64,000 nucleotides of DNA. It comes from Patescibacteria group bacterium. Its GTDB lineage: Bacteria; Patescibacteriota; Microgenomatia; Levybacterales; GWA1-39-11. The translations under genes and the position numbers were made by a program. The notes under the pieces are model-generated. The model did no database searches, was not told where the DNA came from, and was given only the letters and a program-made list of their open reading frames with translations. How positions within the stretch are numbered: the stretch's first letter is position 1; every line of letters starts with the position of its first letter. The DNA lies in NCBI GenBank assembly GCA_035549295.1, contig DASZRG010000021.1, positions 2,596 through 66,595 of the forward strand, given 5' to 3'. Positions 9,722 through 18,697 of this stretch are shown here, piece after piece.

Positions 9722-10297
9722 GTGAAAAAAATCTTTGTTGTATTTCTGGCAGGCGTCGCAGTTCTGGCCGTTGGCGTTGGAGCAGCTGTTGCATTCAACT
9801 CGAAGTCGAGTGAATACGTCGCAGTCTGCGATCAGATTCCCAACATGATGGTCAACCTGGATCCGGACGGCGTGGTGAAGCCACTCCAGAAGGACATTGC
9901 GTTCGTTCCGGCTCCTGCAAACGCGGGTAAGCTTGCCAAGTTCCTCGGACCCTGGCAGGGTAGCTACGGCACGGACCTTACTCCGGACGCAAACGTTGTC
10001 TCAGCCGTCATAGTGACATCAGTCACTTCGGATACGGTCAACGTCACTGACGTTTTCGGAACCGTGGTTCACACGCAACAGTTTTCTCTTGACGACGGAA
10101 AGCTGGTCTTTACGAACAATCTCCTAGGAGGGATTGTCCAGACGAAGACCCTGAGTCTTTCCCCTGATGGGAAAACAATATCGGAGACTTGGGATACCAA
10201 GTATCCGAACGGAGTTAAGTCCAAGGAGGGTGCGTTTCATCTGACAGCAGCTCGCTGCAAGATGCCCGCCCTTACCTCGGACCACACGGACCAATAA
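9722..10297 (+). CDS. Secreted small beta-rich protein, GxWxGxW paralog (high-GC gene with SD)
   Basis: GTG start preceded by AGGGGG. Signal peptide MKKIFVVFLAGVAVLAVGVGAAVA. Motif KFLGPWQGSY. GC ~55% versus ~38% in the flanks. Confidence 0.6.
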   Translation: MKKIFVVFLAGVAVLAVGVGAAVAFNSKSSEYVAVCDQIPNMMVNLDPDGVVKPLQKDIAFVPAPANAGKLAKFLGPWQGSYGTDLTPDANVVSAVIVTSVTSDTVNVTDVFGTVVHTQQFSLDDGKLVFTNNLLGGIVQTKTLSLSPDGKTISETWDTKYPNGVKSKEGAFHLTAARCKMPALTSDHTDQ

Positions 10298-10317
10298 CCA
10301 AACAACCTTCGATCATT

Positions 10318-10405
10318 TCGGGTGCGGCGATACGCTGTTGTGCTGCTTTATGCAGTTTTGTCGAAAGACACACAACAACGCCGCCGCACCCATTCCTTTT
10401 TAATT
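10318..10405 (+). terminator. Rho-independent terminator (long GC stem gggtgcggcg...cgccgccgcaccc + T-run)
   Basis: cgggtgcggcgatacgctgttgtg...cacaacaacgccgccgcaccc followed by attcctttttaatt, immediately downstream of 9722..10297. Confidence 0.55.
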
Positions 10406-10436
10406 ACCTCTAAAAATTAATGGTAGAATAGCCATT

Positions 10437-11729
10437 ATGGATTACACTAGAATCTCCGTTCACAAGTCTTTTGGGCAGAGTATGATGCCGCTTTTACACG
10501 ATGGGGATATAGTTCATCTAAAGAAAAAAGATTTCTCAAAGATTTCAATTAACGATATTATTTGTGTGAGAATGACACGAGGAATTCGGACTGCTTCTGG
10601 ACCTCATCCCAACCTTCTCCTACAAGGAGAAGGGGAGTTCTTCACTCACAGAGTCATTTATAAAACTCAAAAATACATTATAACTCGCGGTGACAACAAT
10701 CTATTATCTGATGGTAAAATTTATCCAAAAAATATAATAGGGACTGTTAATAAAATACAAAGAGAATCGAATATTTTTGATATAAATGATTTATATTTGA
10801 TGCAATCGACGCTCTATTTCAGAGAAATAGTAAAGGTGAAAAAAGCACTCGAAAAAGAGAAAATTGACTATGTTATTCTAAAAGGACTTCCTATTCACTT
10901 GTTTTACGAAGGAGAACACCCGAAGAGACTATACGCGGACTGCGACCTACTCATTTCAAAAAGCAAATATCAAAAAGCAAAAAAGATATTAAATGATTTG
11001 GGTTATTTGGAATACGATACTTCTTATTCGGTGGTTCAAAAAAAGCTAAAAAAAGGCGAGACGGAAGTGTCTTTCTTTAAGAATATTAATGGGGCAGTAG
11101 TTACCTTTGATATTCATCTTGAAGCTGTTTTTTTAATGACTCAGATTTCAAATACAAATGCGCTATATCCAAGGCGGTTAGTAGATAAGTTTTCGGAGAT
11201 GCTTATTGGGGATGTTAGGAGTGTTAGGATATTTGAAGAAAGAGTGAATATATTGTCGGCTGAATATTTGTTTGTTTACCTTTGTCTCCATCTGTATCAC
11301 CACAATTTTCAGGGGACATATCGGTATGATTTGATAGTAAAAATCATAAAAATAGAAAAACTTGATTATAAAAAAATAGCCTCGATTATCAACGAATTTA
11401 AACTCAATAATCTTGTTTATCCCGTTCTATTATTGTTTATTAAATATTATGATGTTAAATTTGATAAAGCCTTCCTTAGCTCCATAAAACCATCAAGCGA
11501 AATTATGTCAATTTTCAAAGGTCATGCGTCAAATGTTAATATTTTCAATAACGAGAGCAGAGTTGCATCAGGCATAACTCGCTTCAGAATGCTCTTTCAG
11601 ATCTCACCGAATAGGTTGAGACGCTATGGTATATTTATAAATCCGCAAGTCATTTTTTTTGTGATTTGGATAACAGTAAATAGGTTGGGATTGCTTCGTC
11701 GTCCCGCTTCGCGGGACTTCTCGCAATGA
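10437..11729 (+). CDS. Fusion protein: N-terminal S24/S26-like serine peptidase domain + nucleotidyltransferase-family (PF14907-like) domain
   Basis: N-terminus SMMPLLHDGDIVHLKK...ITRGDNNLLSDG resembles signal peptidase I/LexA-type peptidases. Middle segment IDYVILKGLPIHLFYEGEHPKRLYADCDLLISKSKYQKAKKILNDLGY fits the uncharacterised nucleotidyltransferase family often found next to PqqD/HprK-related genes. Confidence 0.5.
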   Translation: MDYTRISVHKSFGQSMMPLLHDGDIVHLKKKDFSKISINDIICVRMTRGIRTASGPHPNLLLQGEGEFFTHRVIYKTQKYIITRGDNNLLSDGKIYPKNIIGTVNKIQRESNIFDINDLYLMQSTLYFREIVKVKKALEKEKIDYVILKGLPIHLFYEGEHPKRLYADCDLLISKSKYQKAKKILNDLGYLEYDTSYSVVQKKLKKGETEVSFFKNINGAVVTFDIHLEAVFLMTQISNTNALYPRRLVDKFSEMLIGDVRSVRIFEERVNILSAEYLFVYLCLHLYHHNFQGTYRYDLIVKIIKIEKLDYKKIASIINEFKLNNLVYPVLLLFIKYYDVKFDKAFLSSIKPSSEIMSIFKGHASNVNIFNNESRVASGITRFRMLFQISPNRLRRYGIFINPQVIFFVIWITVNRLGLLRRPASRDFSQ

Positions 11730-11752
11730 CATATCTCTTGTATACTAAATAA

Positions 11753-13207
11753 GTGAAGAATAGTTTAATTATTTTTAATTCTCTCCTTCTTTTAGTAGTA
11801 CTATTTTTTGGATTTAAGGTTTTCAATCTTCATTCAGAGAAACATCTAAATGTTATTTTAATTTCTATAGATGCGCTTCGCGCTGATGAGATGAGTCTTT
11901 ATGGATATTCCAAAAAGACAACTCCCAATATAGATAATTGGGCGCAAAATGCGTCTGTTTTCACAAATGTTCGAACTGTTGTCCCTATGACTCAGCCGTC
12001 TTTTAGCGCACTTTTCACTGGTATTGAACCATTCAATACAGGCATTATCTCCAATGGCTCTCCCTTTATAGATTTCAATACTCCAACTCTAATGACTGTT
12101 TTAGCAAATCACGGTTATACAACTACCGCCTTTACAGCAAATTTTGCTGGGCTCAAAAATCAATTTCAAAACTTTAATTACTATGCGTATAAGGATCATT
12201 ACAACGATGAGGCTGGAGTAGAGAGATACATCATGGATGCTTCTCAGGGTAGCACGAAGATGATTCGAGATGCTGCTGGGTGGCTTAATAGAAATTCGTC
12301 TAAGCAGTTTTTTATGTGGCTGCACTTAATGGATGTTCATGCGCCTTATTACCCTGCTGATAAATACAGATGCGAATTTGATACAAAGTATTGTCCAGAG
12401 CTTTTGGGGAAACGCTTGGATCAAATCGATGCCGATCGAGCGCAATATCAGATGTGTCAGGAAAAACCTGTGCCTCAGGATAGAATCGACGAGATGAGAA
12501 CAGTCTATGATGGTGGAGTAGCGCAGGCTGATGACTATGTGGGACAAATTCTTGCCAAGATAAAGAGTCTCGGTCTCGATAAAAACTCAATAATAGTTCT
12601 TTATGCGGATCATGGAGAGGGACTCGATCACGATTATCTTTTCAACCACCGCGCGGTTCTTTATGACTCAGCCGTTCATATTCCGCTAGTTATCTATGAT
12701 CCCTTGGTAAGCTCATATAATAAAAGATCTGATATGGTGATCGAAAATACTGATATCATGCCAACCATTCTGAGTTTAGTTGGAATTTCGAGTTCAGGCC
12801 TTAATATTGATGGTCATAGCTTTGCGAATATAATAGATGGTGACTTAGTTCCGAATCTTAATTATCAGCCTCGAAAATACGTTTATTCTGTAAATTCCAA
12901 CTGGACAAAGTTTTCAATTTTTGATGGAAGATATAAATATATTTATTCTTTGCCAGAGTCATGCGTTGATCACGGCCAAACAGAGGAGTTGTATGACACA
13001 AGACAAGACCCAAAGGAGTTAAAGAATTTAGTTAAATCAAATTCGCAAAAAACCAAAGATCTTAAGAAACAGCTTTTCTATTACCTTTCGAAGTACAATT
13101 TGCCAGCGAGTGGTACATTACCTGCCGAGATGCAGGATGGAGATGATGCTGGCAGCAATGCGCAGGACCAGAAGCTACAGGACGAGATAAGGTCAATGGG
13201 GTATTAA
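11753..13207 (+). CDS. Sulfatase/alkaline-phosphatase superfamily membrane protein (LTA-synthase/sulfatase-like)
   Basis: N-terminal TM then ILISIDALRADEMSLYGY (metal/nucleophile motif of AP-superfamily sulfatases), later LYADHGEGLDHD. Confidence 0.65.
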   Translation: MKNSLIIFNSLLLLVVLFFGFKVFNLHSEKHLNVILISIDALRADEMSLYGYSKKTTPNIDNWAQNASVFTNVRTVVPMTQPSFSALFTGIEPFNTGIISNGSPFIDFNTPTLMTVLANHGYTTTAFTANFAGLKNQFQNFNYYAYKDHYNDEAGVERYIMDASQGSTKMIRDAAGWLNRNSSKQFFMWLHLMDVHAPYYPADKYRCEFDTKYCPELLGKRLDQIDADRAQYQMCQEKPVPQDRIDEMRTVYDGGVAQADDYVGQILAKIKSLGLDKNSIIVLYADHGEGLDHDYLFNHRAVLYDSAVHIPLVIYDPLVSSYNKRSDMVIENTDIMPTILSLVGISSSGLNIDGHSFANIIDGDLVPNLNYQPRKYVYSVNSNWTKFSIFDGRYKYIYSLPESCVDHGQTEELYDTRQDPKELKNLVKSNSQKTKDLKKQLFYYLSKYNLPASGTLPAEMQDGDDAGSNAQDQKLQDEIRSMGY

Positions 13208-13320
13208 TAACTAGTAACTAGAGATTAGATACTAGATATTAGGAAACTCGCACAAATAGGACATCGTGACCAGATGGTACTCTAAATTTCTATTTACTAA
13301 TATCTAGTTTCTAGTATCTA
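13205..13320. repeat. Inverted heptamer-repeat element, family A
   Basis: ctagtaactagagattagatactagatattag ... ctaatatctagtttctagtatctagtc around a ~55 bp spacer, between convergent genes. Confidence 0.8.
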
Positions 13321-13575
13321 GTCTATAATGCCTTTCGACTTTAGGTCTTTTAGGAATTCGGAGAGGTCGGAGTGCGCTTCTTTTTCCGAAATTTTGTACT
13401 TCTCAACGAGGTTTTTTAGTATTTCGTGCTCTTCTTGGCCATGTTTTAGTTGATTAAAGATAAACGTCGCTGTGTCATTGAATGTATGAAATACCGATTT
13501 TTCGCTATCAAAAATCTTGAGTTTTTGGCCTAATTTATCGCTAATTATTCCCTTTTTAATCTTGTGTTTTGCCAT
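13318..13575 (-). CDS. PqqD-family protein (RiPP recognition element, RRE)
   Basis: 85 aa. KIFDSEKSVFHTFNDTATFIFNQLKHGQEEHEILKNLVEKYKISEKEAHSDLSEFLKDLKSKGII fits the PqqD/RRE fold pattern. Confidence 0.7.
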   Translation of the reverse strand: MAKHKIKKGIISDKLGQKLKIFDSEKSVFHTFNDTATFIFNQLKHGQEEHEILKNLVEKYKISEKEAHSDLSEFLKDLKSKGIID

Positions 13576-14342
13576 TTTGTTGTAATTGCCTTGAATGATT
13601 CTACTATTATAGATTTGTCTTTGGGAAAGTACAACGAGTTAACATTTCTAAATGTGTCGGATAAGGCTAATAGATTTTTTACAATTTCCGAATCAGTGAT
13701 GGTCAGTTGCTTGAGAAGTTTTCCAAACGTATCTTCCTTGTTTGACTTTTTCTCAAGTCTAAATTGTTTTGATTTGTGAATAAAATAAATTCCTTTAAGT
13801 TTATATCGCTTGTTGGATTTATAAATTCGATTTTTTTCAACAAATGGGTGTTGATAAAGAAAATACTCTCTGTCGATTCGTCTTACTATCGAAGTATCAT
13901 CTGATAGAGCAGTGAAGTCCTGAGATAATAGTTCGGCAATCGTTGATTTGCCAGCGCCAGATGGTCCCGTAAACAAATAAGCATCATTTTTGTATGCGAC
14001 CGCCGAGGAGTGGATTATCATACCGTTATGTGCGGAGCATAGTAAATAGATCACATTCTCAAGTATTATTTTATAGGTTAAATAGTCTTGATAGTAGACA
14101 GTAACTTTATTTTTTAACTTCTTATCAAATGCAAGAAGCAGTCTTTTGTCTGATGCAACATTATATGGTTGATCCTCAAATTCTATATAAAAATCACACG
14201 TCCCCGTATTGCGTCTTACGATGAACTCACTGACGTAATTTGAAAAATCTACTTTGTATTGTTTGTATAGATCTTTTTGACGAGAATTTTTGAATGTTGC
14301 TTTTATTATGAAGTCTGCGATTTTTATGTAAATAAATTCCAT
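13545..14342 (-). CDS. HPr kinase-related P-loop kinase (HprK-rel family)
   Basis: FTGPSGAGKSTIAELL Walker A followed by LSDDTSIV, as in the HprK C-terminal-like fold. 31-bp overlap with the pqqD-like start suggests coupling. Confidence 0.6.
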   Translation of the reverse strand: MEFIYIKIADFIIKATFKNSRQKDLYKQYKVDFSNYVSEFIVRRNTGTCDFYIEFEDQPYNVASDKRLLLAFDKKLKNKVTVYYQDYLTYKIILENVIYLLCSAHNGMIIHSSAVAYKNDAYLFTGPSGAGKSTIAELLSQDFTALSDDTSIVRRIDREYFLYQHPFVEKNRIYKSNKRYKLKGIYFIHKSKQFRLEKKSNKEDTFGKLLKQLTITDSEIVKNLLALSDTFRNVNSLYFPKDKSIIVESFKAITTKWQNTRLKRE

Positions 14343-14404
14343 AGGGAAATATTAACATAACGCTCATTCTTGACAAGTAGAGGTTTATTTTTCTAACATA
14401 GGCT

Positions 14405-14938
14405 ATGGAGTCTCCTAAGCCAAAATCGTCACTTCTGACAGCGCTAGGAATTGAAGTAGTTGTAATAGTGGTTTTAACAATTCTTATAGTCAGTGCACTT
14501 AATTATTTCAACGTAATTTCGCTTCCACAAGCATCAATATTGCCGCACGAGAATGCAAATAAGGCTCCAGCTGTAACTGCTATCAATCAGTGTGCTCCTC
14601 TTCCGAAAGGAGCTGTTACAAAAGTTATTTCGCCAACATCAAGTGTTTCTGCGGCACTAGCAGCCTATTCTGGTACATGGAAAGGGTCATGGAATCCTCA
14701 ATATAGATCTGTTCTAATTATTCGTGATATAACTCCTAAGTACGCAACTGTTGGCTATTTTGTAAACGGAGTACGAGTTTTAGCAGCAATGCAGTTTTCA
14801 ATAGACGAGAGTAATAGGCTTATTGCGCCTAACAATCTCATGACTTATGAGATGAAGCAAGACGGAATCCACGGATCTATACTTTATAGATCTGGTGCTG
14901 TTGCCTCAACTGTTGTAATGACCCGCTGCACGCCGTAG
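14405..14938 (+). CDS. Membrane-anchored/secreted small protein, GxWxGxW paralog
   Basis: N-terminal TM and motif YSGTWKGSW. Shares downstream beta-strand pattern with 3799..4347 and 9722..10297. Confidence 0.5.
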   Translation: MESPKPKSSLLTALGIEVVVIVVLTILIVSALNYFNVISLPQASILPHENANKAPAVTAINQCAPLPKGAVTKVISPTSSVSAALAAYSGTWKGSWNPQYRSVLIIRDITPKYATVGYFVNGVRVLAAMQFSIDESNRLIAPNNLMTYEMKQDGIHGSILYRSGAVASTVVMTRCTP

Positions 14939-15007
14939 GGTATTCAGTAGCGAGTTAAAGTGTTAACGGGTTTTGCGAGTTAACTAGTTTTGTATTCTCA
15001 TTATTCC

Positions 15008-16201
15008 TTATTCTTTAATCATTATTCTATTATTTGCGAGGGCGAGTAGCACGAAGAAGAGTATGAGCATGGGGAATATCCGGTATGTATAATCGACTTG
15101 GAAGTTAAAAAGCATAGCGAGCGCAAGATAAAAATAGAGATTTTTTTTTGCCCCCCTAAGCATTTCGAAAATAATCAGTATAAAAATGACTCCAGCAGGA
15201 ATTCCATTTTCAACTAGAATATCTAAAAATATGTTGTGAGCCGTTTCAGTCCATATTCCTCGTATTGATTCGTATTCTTTTGACGCTACTATAAAGTTAC
15301 CGGGTCCTACCCCTAGAAGCGGGTGGTCTATTGTTGACAGAATAGACTCCCGAACATACTCCCCGCGACCGCCGTATGGAGACTTATAGTGCAAACTATT
15401 ATTTGCGACAAGATAATGGTTTATATCTTTAAGAAACTGTTCAGAGCCTGAATTAATCGATAGAGAAAAGGTAAAAATAATAGATATAAAGACTATAAAT
15501 AGTGCAAATATAATGTTCAAATTTATTTTTTGTATTTTTGATTTGTAAAAGTTATATAGCATAATAATTATTGTTAAAACCAGTCCTATATATGCACTTC
15601 TTGAATAAGAAAGAATGAAGAAGGGAAGTAGTATAAGAGTTAATAGTAAATAGTTAATAGTTAATAGGTAAGGTAAGAATTGAGATGTGATAAGTGAGAT
15701 GGATTTCTTTTTTGAAGTTAGAAAATAGAGCAAGGTTATGAGGGGGAGGAGTAGGAAGTCGCCTAGGTGGTTGTGGGAACCGAAGCGAGAAAATACAAAT
15801 TGGTATCCCGTCAGCGGAGCACTCAAAATTCCATTTTCTATTAAGATTGATGCGAGAATAAATATAAAAGTTGCGATAAAAATAAATGGAACGATAAATT
15901 TTGATACTAATTTTTGGTTCCTTTGGGTAAAAATGTATGCCGAAAATGACGCTATGTAGAGAAGATAAAAGATTAAAGATTTAAGATTAACGCTCGCGAG
16001 TAAAGATACAAATGAAACGCCAATAAATAGAATGAAAAGTGTTCTAAGTCTTTCGGGAATATCTTTGTTTTTTAAATAGAAGATCAACATTGTACATGGG
16101 ATTGCGAGAAATATGACAGTCAATAATGAGAATGTTATGGGAAATCCCAATCCCTGGATAATAAAGATAATTAAAAATAGCAAAAAATACGCCTGCGACA
16201 T
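15008..16201 (-). CDS. O-antigen ligase/polymerase (Wzy/WaaL)-like polytopic membrane protein
   Basis: ~10 TM segments and the periplasmic-loop motif ETAHNIFLDILVENGIPAGVIFILI, typical of the O-antigen ligase family. Confidence 0.6.
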   Translation of the reverse strand: MSQAYFLLFLIIFIIQGLGFPITFSLLTVIFLAIPCTMLIFYLKNKDIPERLRTLFILFIGVSFVSLLASVNLKSLIFYLLYIASFSAYIFTQRNQKLVSKFIVPFIFIATFIFILASILIENGILSAPLTGYQFVFSRFGSHNHLGDFLLLPLITLLYFLTSKKKSISLITSQFLPYLLTINYLLLTLILLPFFILSYSRSAYIGLVLTIIIMLYNFYKSKIQKINLNIIFALFIVFISIIFTFSLSINSGSEQFLKDINHYLVANNSLHYKSPYGGRGEYVRESILSTIDHPLLGVGPGNFIVASKEYESIRGIWTETAHNIFLDILVENGIPAGVIFILIIFEMLRGAKKNLYFYLALAMLFNFQVDYTYRIFPMLILFFVLLALANNRIMIKE

Positions 16202-16266
16202 ATATATAGAGTAGCAGAGTTGTGGTACTGATTGACATTCTTTTTTCGAAGTTGTTAGTATTAATC

Positions 16267-18261
16267 ATGAGGTCATTTCTGACTCGGTTGAGTCCTGCTC
16301 TCTTAATTGTTCTTCTGCTTGTATCAACTGTTGTTCCCAATGTCCAGGCCCAATATGGCGGCTCGTGTCAGCCTACTTATACTGGTGCTTGTAGTACTGA
16401 TTCCGATTGTTGTTCGGGTTGGTGTAGTTTTGGAACATGTGCTGATCCGGGTGGTGGAGGAGGATCATTTAATATAACAGGAACAGTTTTTGTAGATACT
16501 AATAGAAATAAAGTTTGGGACTCAGGTGAGACAGCATATACGGGTGCGAATGCAGTTTTGAATTTTGTCGGATATTCAAATACTACAACAACGGCGGCAA
16601 ATGGGACCTATTCATTTAATGGTATTACCGGGGGAAATTATCAGATTCAGTTAGTTCCGCCGACTGGGTATGGTGTTACAACGCTCAATCCATATACAGT
16701 TAGTCCAACATCGTCTGTTGCTAATTTTGGAATCGCTGAATCGTATACAATTTCTGGCCATGCATATTATGACGATAACGGTAATCAGCAGCAGGATTGT
16801 GTGGGATCTTGTAACAACGGAACGGGAGATGAAAAAAATTTCCAAGGGATAACCTTTAAAAGGACTGGAACGGCTGCAAATAGCATAGCGACCTCGTCGG
16901 CAAATGGTAACTTCACTTTTTATGATCTTTTGCCAAGAAGCTATACTGTTACGATGACTGTCCCCCCCAATTATTCTGTAACAACAGCAAATAATCCTAA
17001 GACAGTGACGCTTGGTCCAAATGCAACTATTAATTATGGTCTTCGTCAGACTTCGTGTATACCAGGTGGGGCAACTCTTTCGGGTACCGTTTATGTAGAT
17101 GGTAGTAATGGGGCTTGCGGTAGCTCTTTAACTACGATAGGGTCAGGTGCGACAGTCACCGTTAGAACGAGCTCCGGGGGGGCTGTTACTGCAACTGGCT
17201 CAACTAACTCGAGTGGGCAGTATACAATAAATGATAATACTGCTTGTGGTCAAAAAAGTGTGTCGTTATCAAATGTTGCCCTCAATTATACATCTGCAAA
17301 GTGTGTGAGGCTTGATGGTGGAGCGTGGACCTCAACAGGTCTCACTGGATTTACATACAACCCTCTCAATTTCTCGTCCAATCATACACTTGATTGGTAT
17401 CTATCATCGTCGGTTCCGTGGTTTCAGACCGGTGACGGAGACGTCCGATTTGGTAATTTGGTTGATTCTCTTCCGTCCGCTTCCGCCGTGTCATCAAATG
17501 CAAATTCAGCTTTCTTTTCATCAGCATTCATCCCGACATTTGGAGCGGGAAATCCTGTAGGCTTTGTGATCAGCAACGAATATTCATATAATGCGGATCC
17601 TGAGACTAAAAACGGTCTTTTCTCGTACTCATTCTTTATTAATCGTGCAAAAGTCAAATCAGTTACAGTCACTAACTTAGTTGGAACTCCCGGAGTAACA
17701 AATTGTACTGGCGCAACTTGTGACATAAGTAATTTGCCAACCGGTATATACAAATATGATGGTGATCTGACTCTTACTTCCTATACTCATCTTGACGGCG
17801 CACACGTACTACTTCTTGTCAATGGAAATCTACTTATTAAAACGACCGGAAATATTAAAGTTGCCGCTGGAAGAAAAAATCTGTTTATTATTGCTGCCAA
17901 AAAAGACATAAACATAGATCCATCAGTTGGTGCAGCAGCGCCAGCCGCTCCTTGTGGAACAAATGCCTGTACAAATCTCGAGGGTATATACACAGCAGAA
18001 GGTAGCATCAATCTTCAGGGCACCAAGTGCTCTGACAATGTTACGCCAGACAAGCAATTTACTCTCGCGGGAAGCTTTGTCACAAATGCTCTAAAGCCAC
18101 TCAAAGTTGGTGGAGCAGGAATATTTAACAATAATAGATCACTCTGTGGCGGAGACCAGACATATCCTGTGTTTGTTACTCAATCAAGGTATGACTTTGT
18201 TCCTCAGCTAACAGACTTCTACAAGATCCCCGCCGTGAGATGGAAAGAGGTCAATCCTTAA
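16267..18261 (+). CDS. Large secreted Cys-rich protein with SdrD/Cna-B-type repeat domains
   Basis: Signal peptide MRSFLTRLSPALLIVLLLVSTVVPNVQA. GTVFVDTNRNKVWDSGETAYTGANAVL...ANGTYSFNGITGGNYQIQLVPPTGY is SdrD B-like. ATG at 16267 is internal to track ORF 16222..18261. Confidence 0.6.
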   Translation: MRSFLTRLSPALLIVLLLVSTVVPNVQAQYGGSCQPTYTGACSTDSDCCSGWCSFGTCADPGGGGGSFNITGTVFVDTNRNKVWDSGETAYTGANAVLNFVGYSNTTTTAANGTYSFNGITGGNYQIQLVPPTGYGVTTLNPYTVSPTSSVANFGIAESYTISGHAYYDDNGNQQQDCVGSCNNGTGDEKNFQGITFKRTGTAANSIATSSANGNFTFYDLLPRSYTVTMTVPPNYSVTTANNPKTVTLGPNATINYGLRQTSCIPGGATLSGTVYVDGSNGACGSSLTTIGSGATVTVRTSSGGAVTATGSTNSSGQYTINDNTACGQKSVSLSNVALNYTSAKCVRLDGGAWTSTGLTGFTYNPLNFSSNHTLDWYLSSSVPWFQTGDGDVRFGNLVDSLPSASAVSSNANSAFFSSAFIPTFGAGNPVGFVISNEYSYNADPETKNGLFSYSFFINRAKVKSVTVTNLVGTPGVTNCTGATCDISNLPTGIYKYDGDLTLTSYTHLDGAHVLLLVNGNLLIKTTGNIKVAAGRKNLFIIAAKKDINIDPSVGAAAPAAPCGTNACTNLEGIYTAEGSINLQGTKCSDNVTPDKQFTLAGSFVTNALKPLKVGGAGIFNNNRSLCGGDQTYPVFVTQSRYDFVPQLTDFYKIPAVRWKEVNP

Positions 18262-18690
18262 GCTAGATATTAGTAACTAGATATTAGGATTTTCGCTGCG
18301 GAGTGGTCATTTTATTTAGCATTCTCATTACTTCATCAAGTAATCTGTCAGCTTTTTCAAAATCTCGAACTTCGTCGAAAGATAATTTTTTGGATATTAA
18401 AATTTGGGTTTCAAGTTCACAACCAGAACCAAAAGATATTAAATAGAATTGATCCTTTTCTTTATGAGTTTTTCTCCCAAAACCTTCTGCTATATTAGAA
18501 GGGATAGAAACTACTGCCCGTCTCATTTGCATTACAATTCCGAATAATTCCGATTTAGGAAAATTACTTGTTATTCTATAAATTTCAACTACAAGTTCAA
18601 TAGATTTTTGCCAGACAATTAATTCCTTATATGACTTCATGTTAATCCTAGTATCTAATATCTAGTATCTAGTTTCTAGTGTTATAATAT
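18262..18690. repeat. IVS-like cassette: four-helix-bundle gene bracketed by ~27-bp inverted family-A heptamer arrays
   Basis: Left arm ctagatattagtaactagatattagga (18265-18291) and right arm tcctagtatctaatatctagtatctag (18648-18674) are near-perfect reverse complements. Confidence 0.7.
18284..18640 (-). CDS. Four-helix-bundle protein (23S rRNA intervening-sequence protein / Avd-like family)
   Basis: WQKSIELVVEIYRITSNFPKSELFGIVMQMRRAVVSIPSNIAEGFGR matches the TIGR02436-type consensus (W.k...l...iY.lt..FPk.E.ygL.sQlRRAa.SI..NIAEG.gR). Confidence 0.8.
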   Translation of the reverse strand: MKSYKELIVWQKSIELVVEIYRITSNFPKSELFGIVMQMRRAVVSIPSNIAEGFGRKTHKEKDQFYLISFGSGCELETQILISKKLSFDEVRDFEKADRLLDEVMRMLNKMTTPQRKS

Positions 18691-18697
18691 CTCTGTG
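18683..18697 (+). promoter_or_regulatory. Possible -10 box (TATAAT) 6 nt upstream of the pth GTG: candidate leaderless transcript
   Basis: gttataatatctctGTG, with no SD sequence. Confidence 0.3.

Noticed and set aside
18284-18640. Diversity-generating retroelement (the four-helix-bundle proteins are Avd-like)
   Set aside because: No reverse transcriptase ORF (no YxDD-containing RT domain) and no template/variable repeat pair found in the window. The adjacent 679-aa protein's C-terminus is not duplicated elsewhere.
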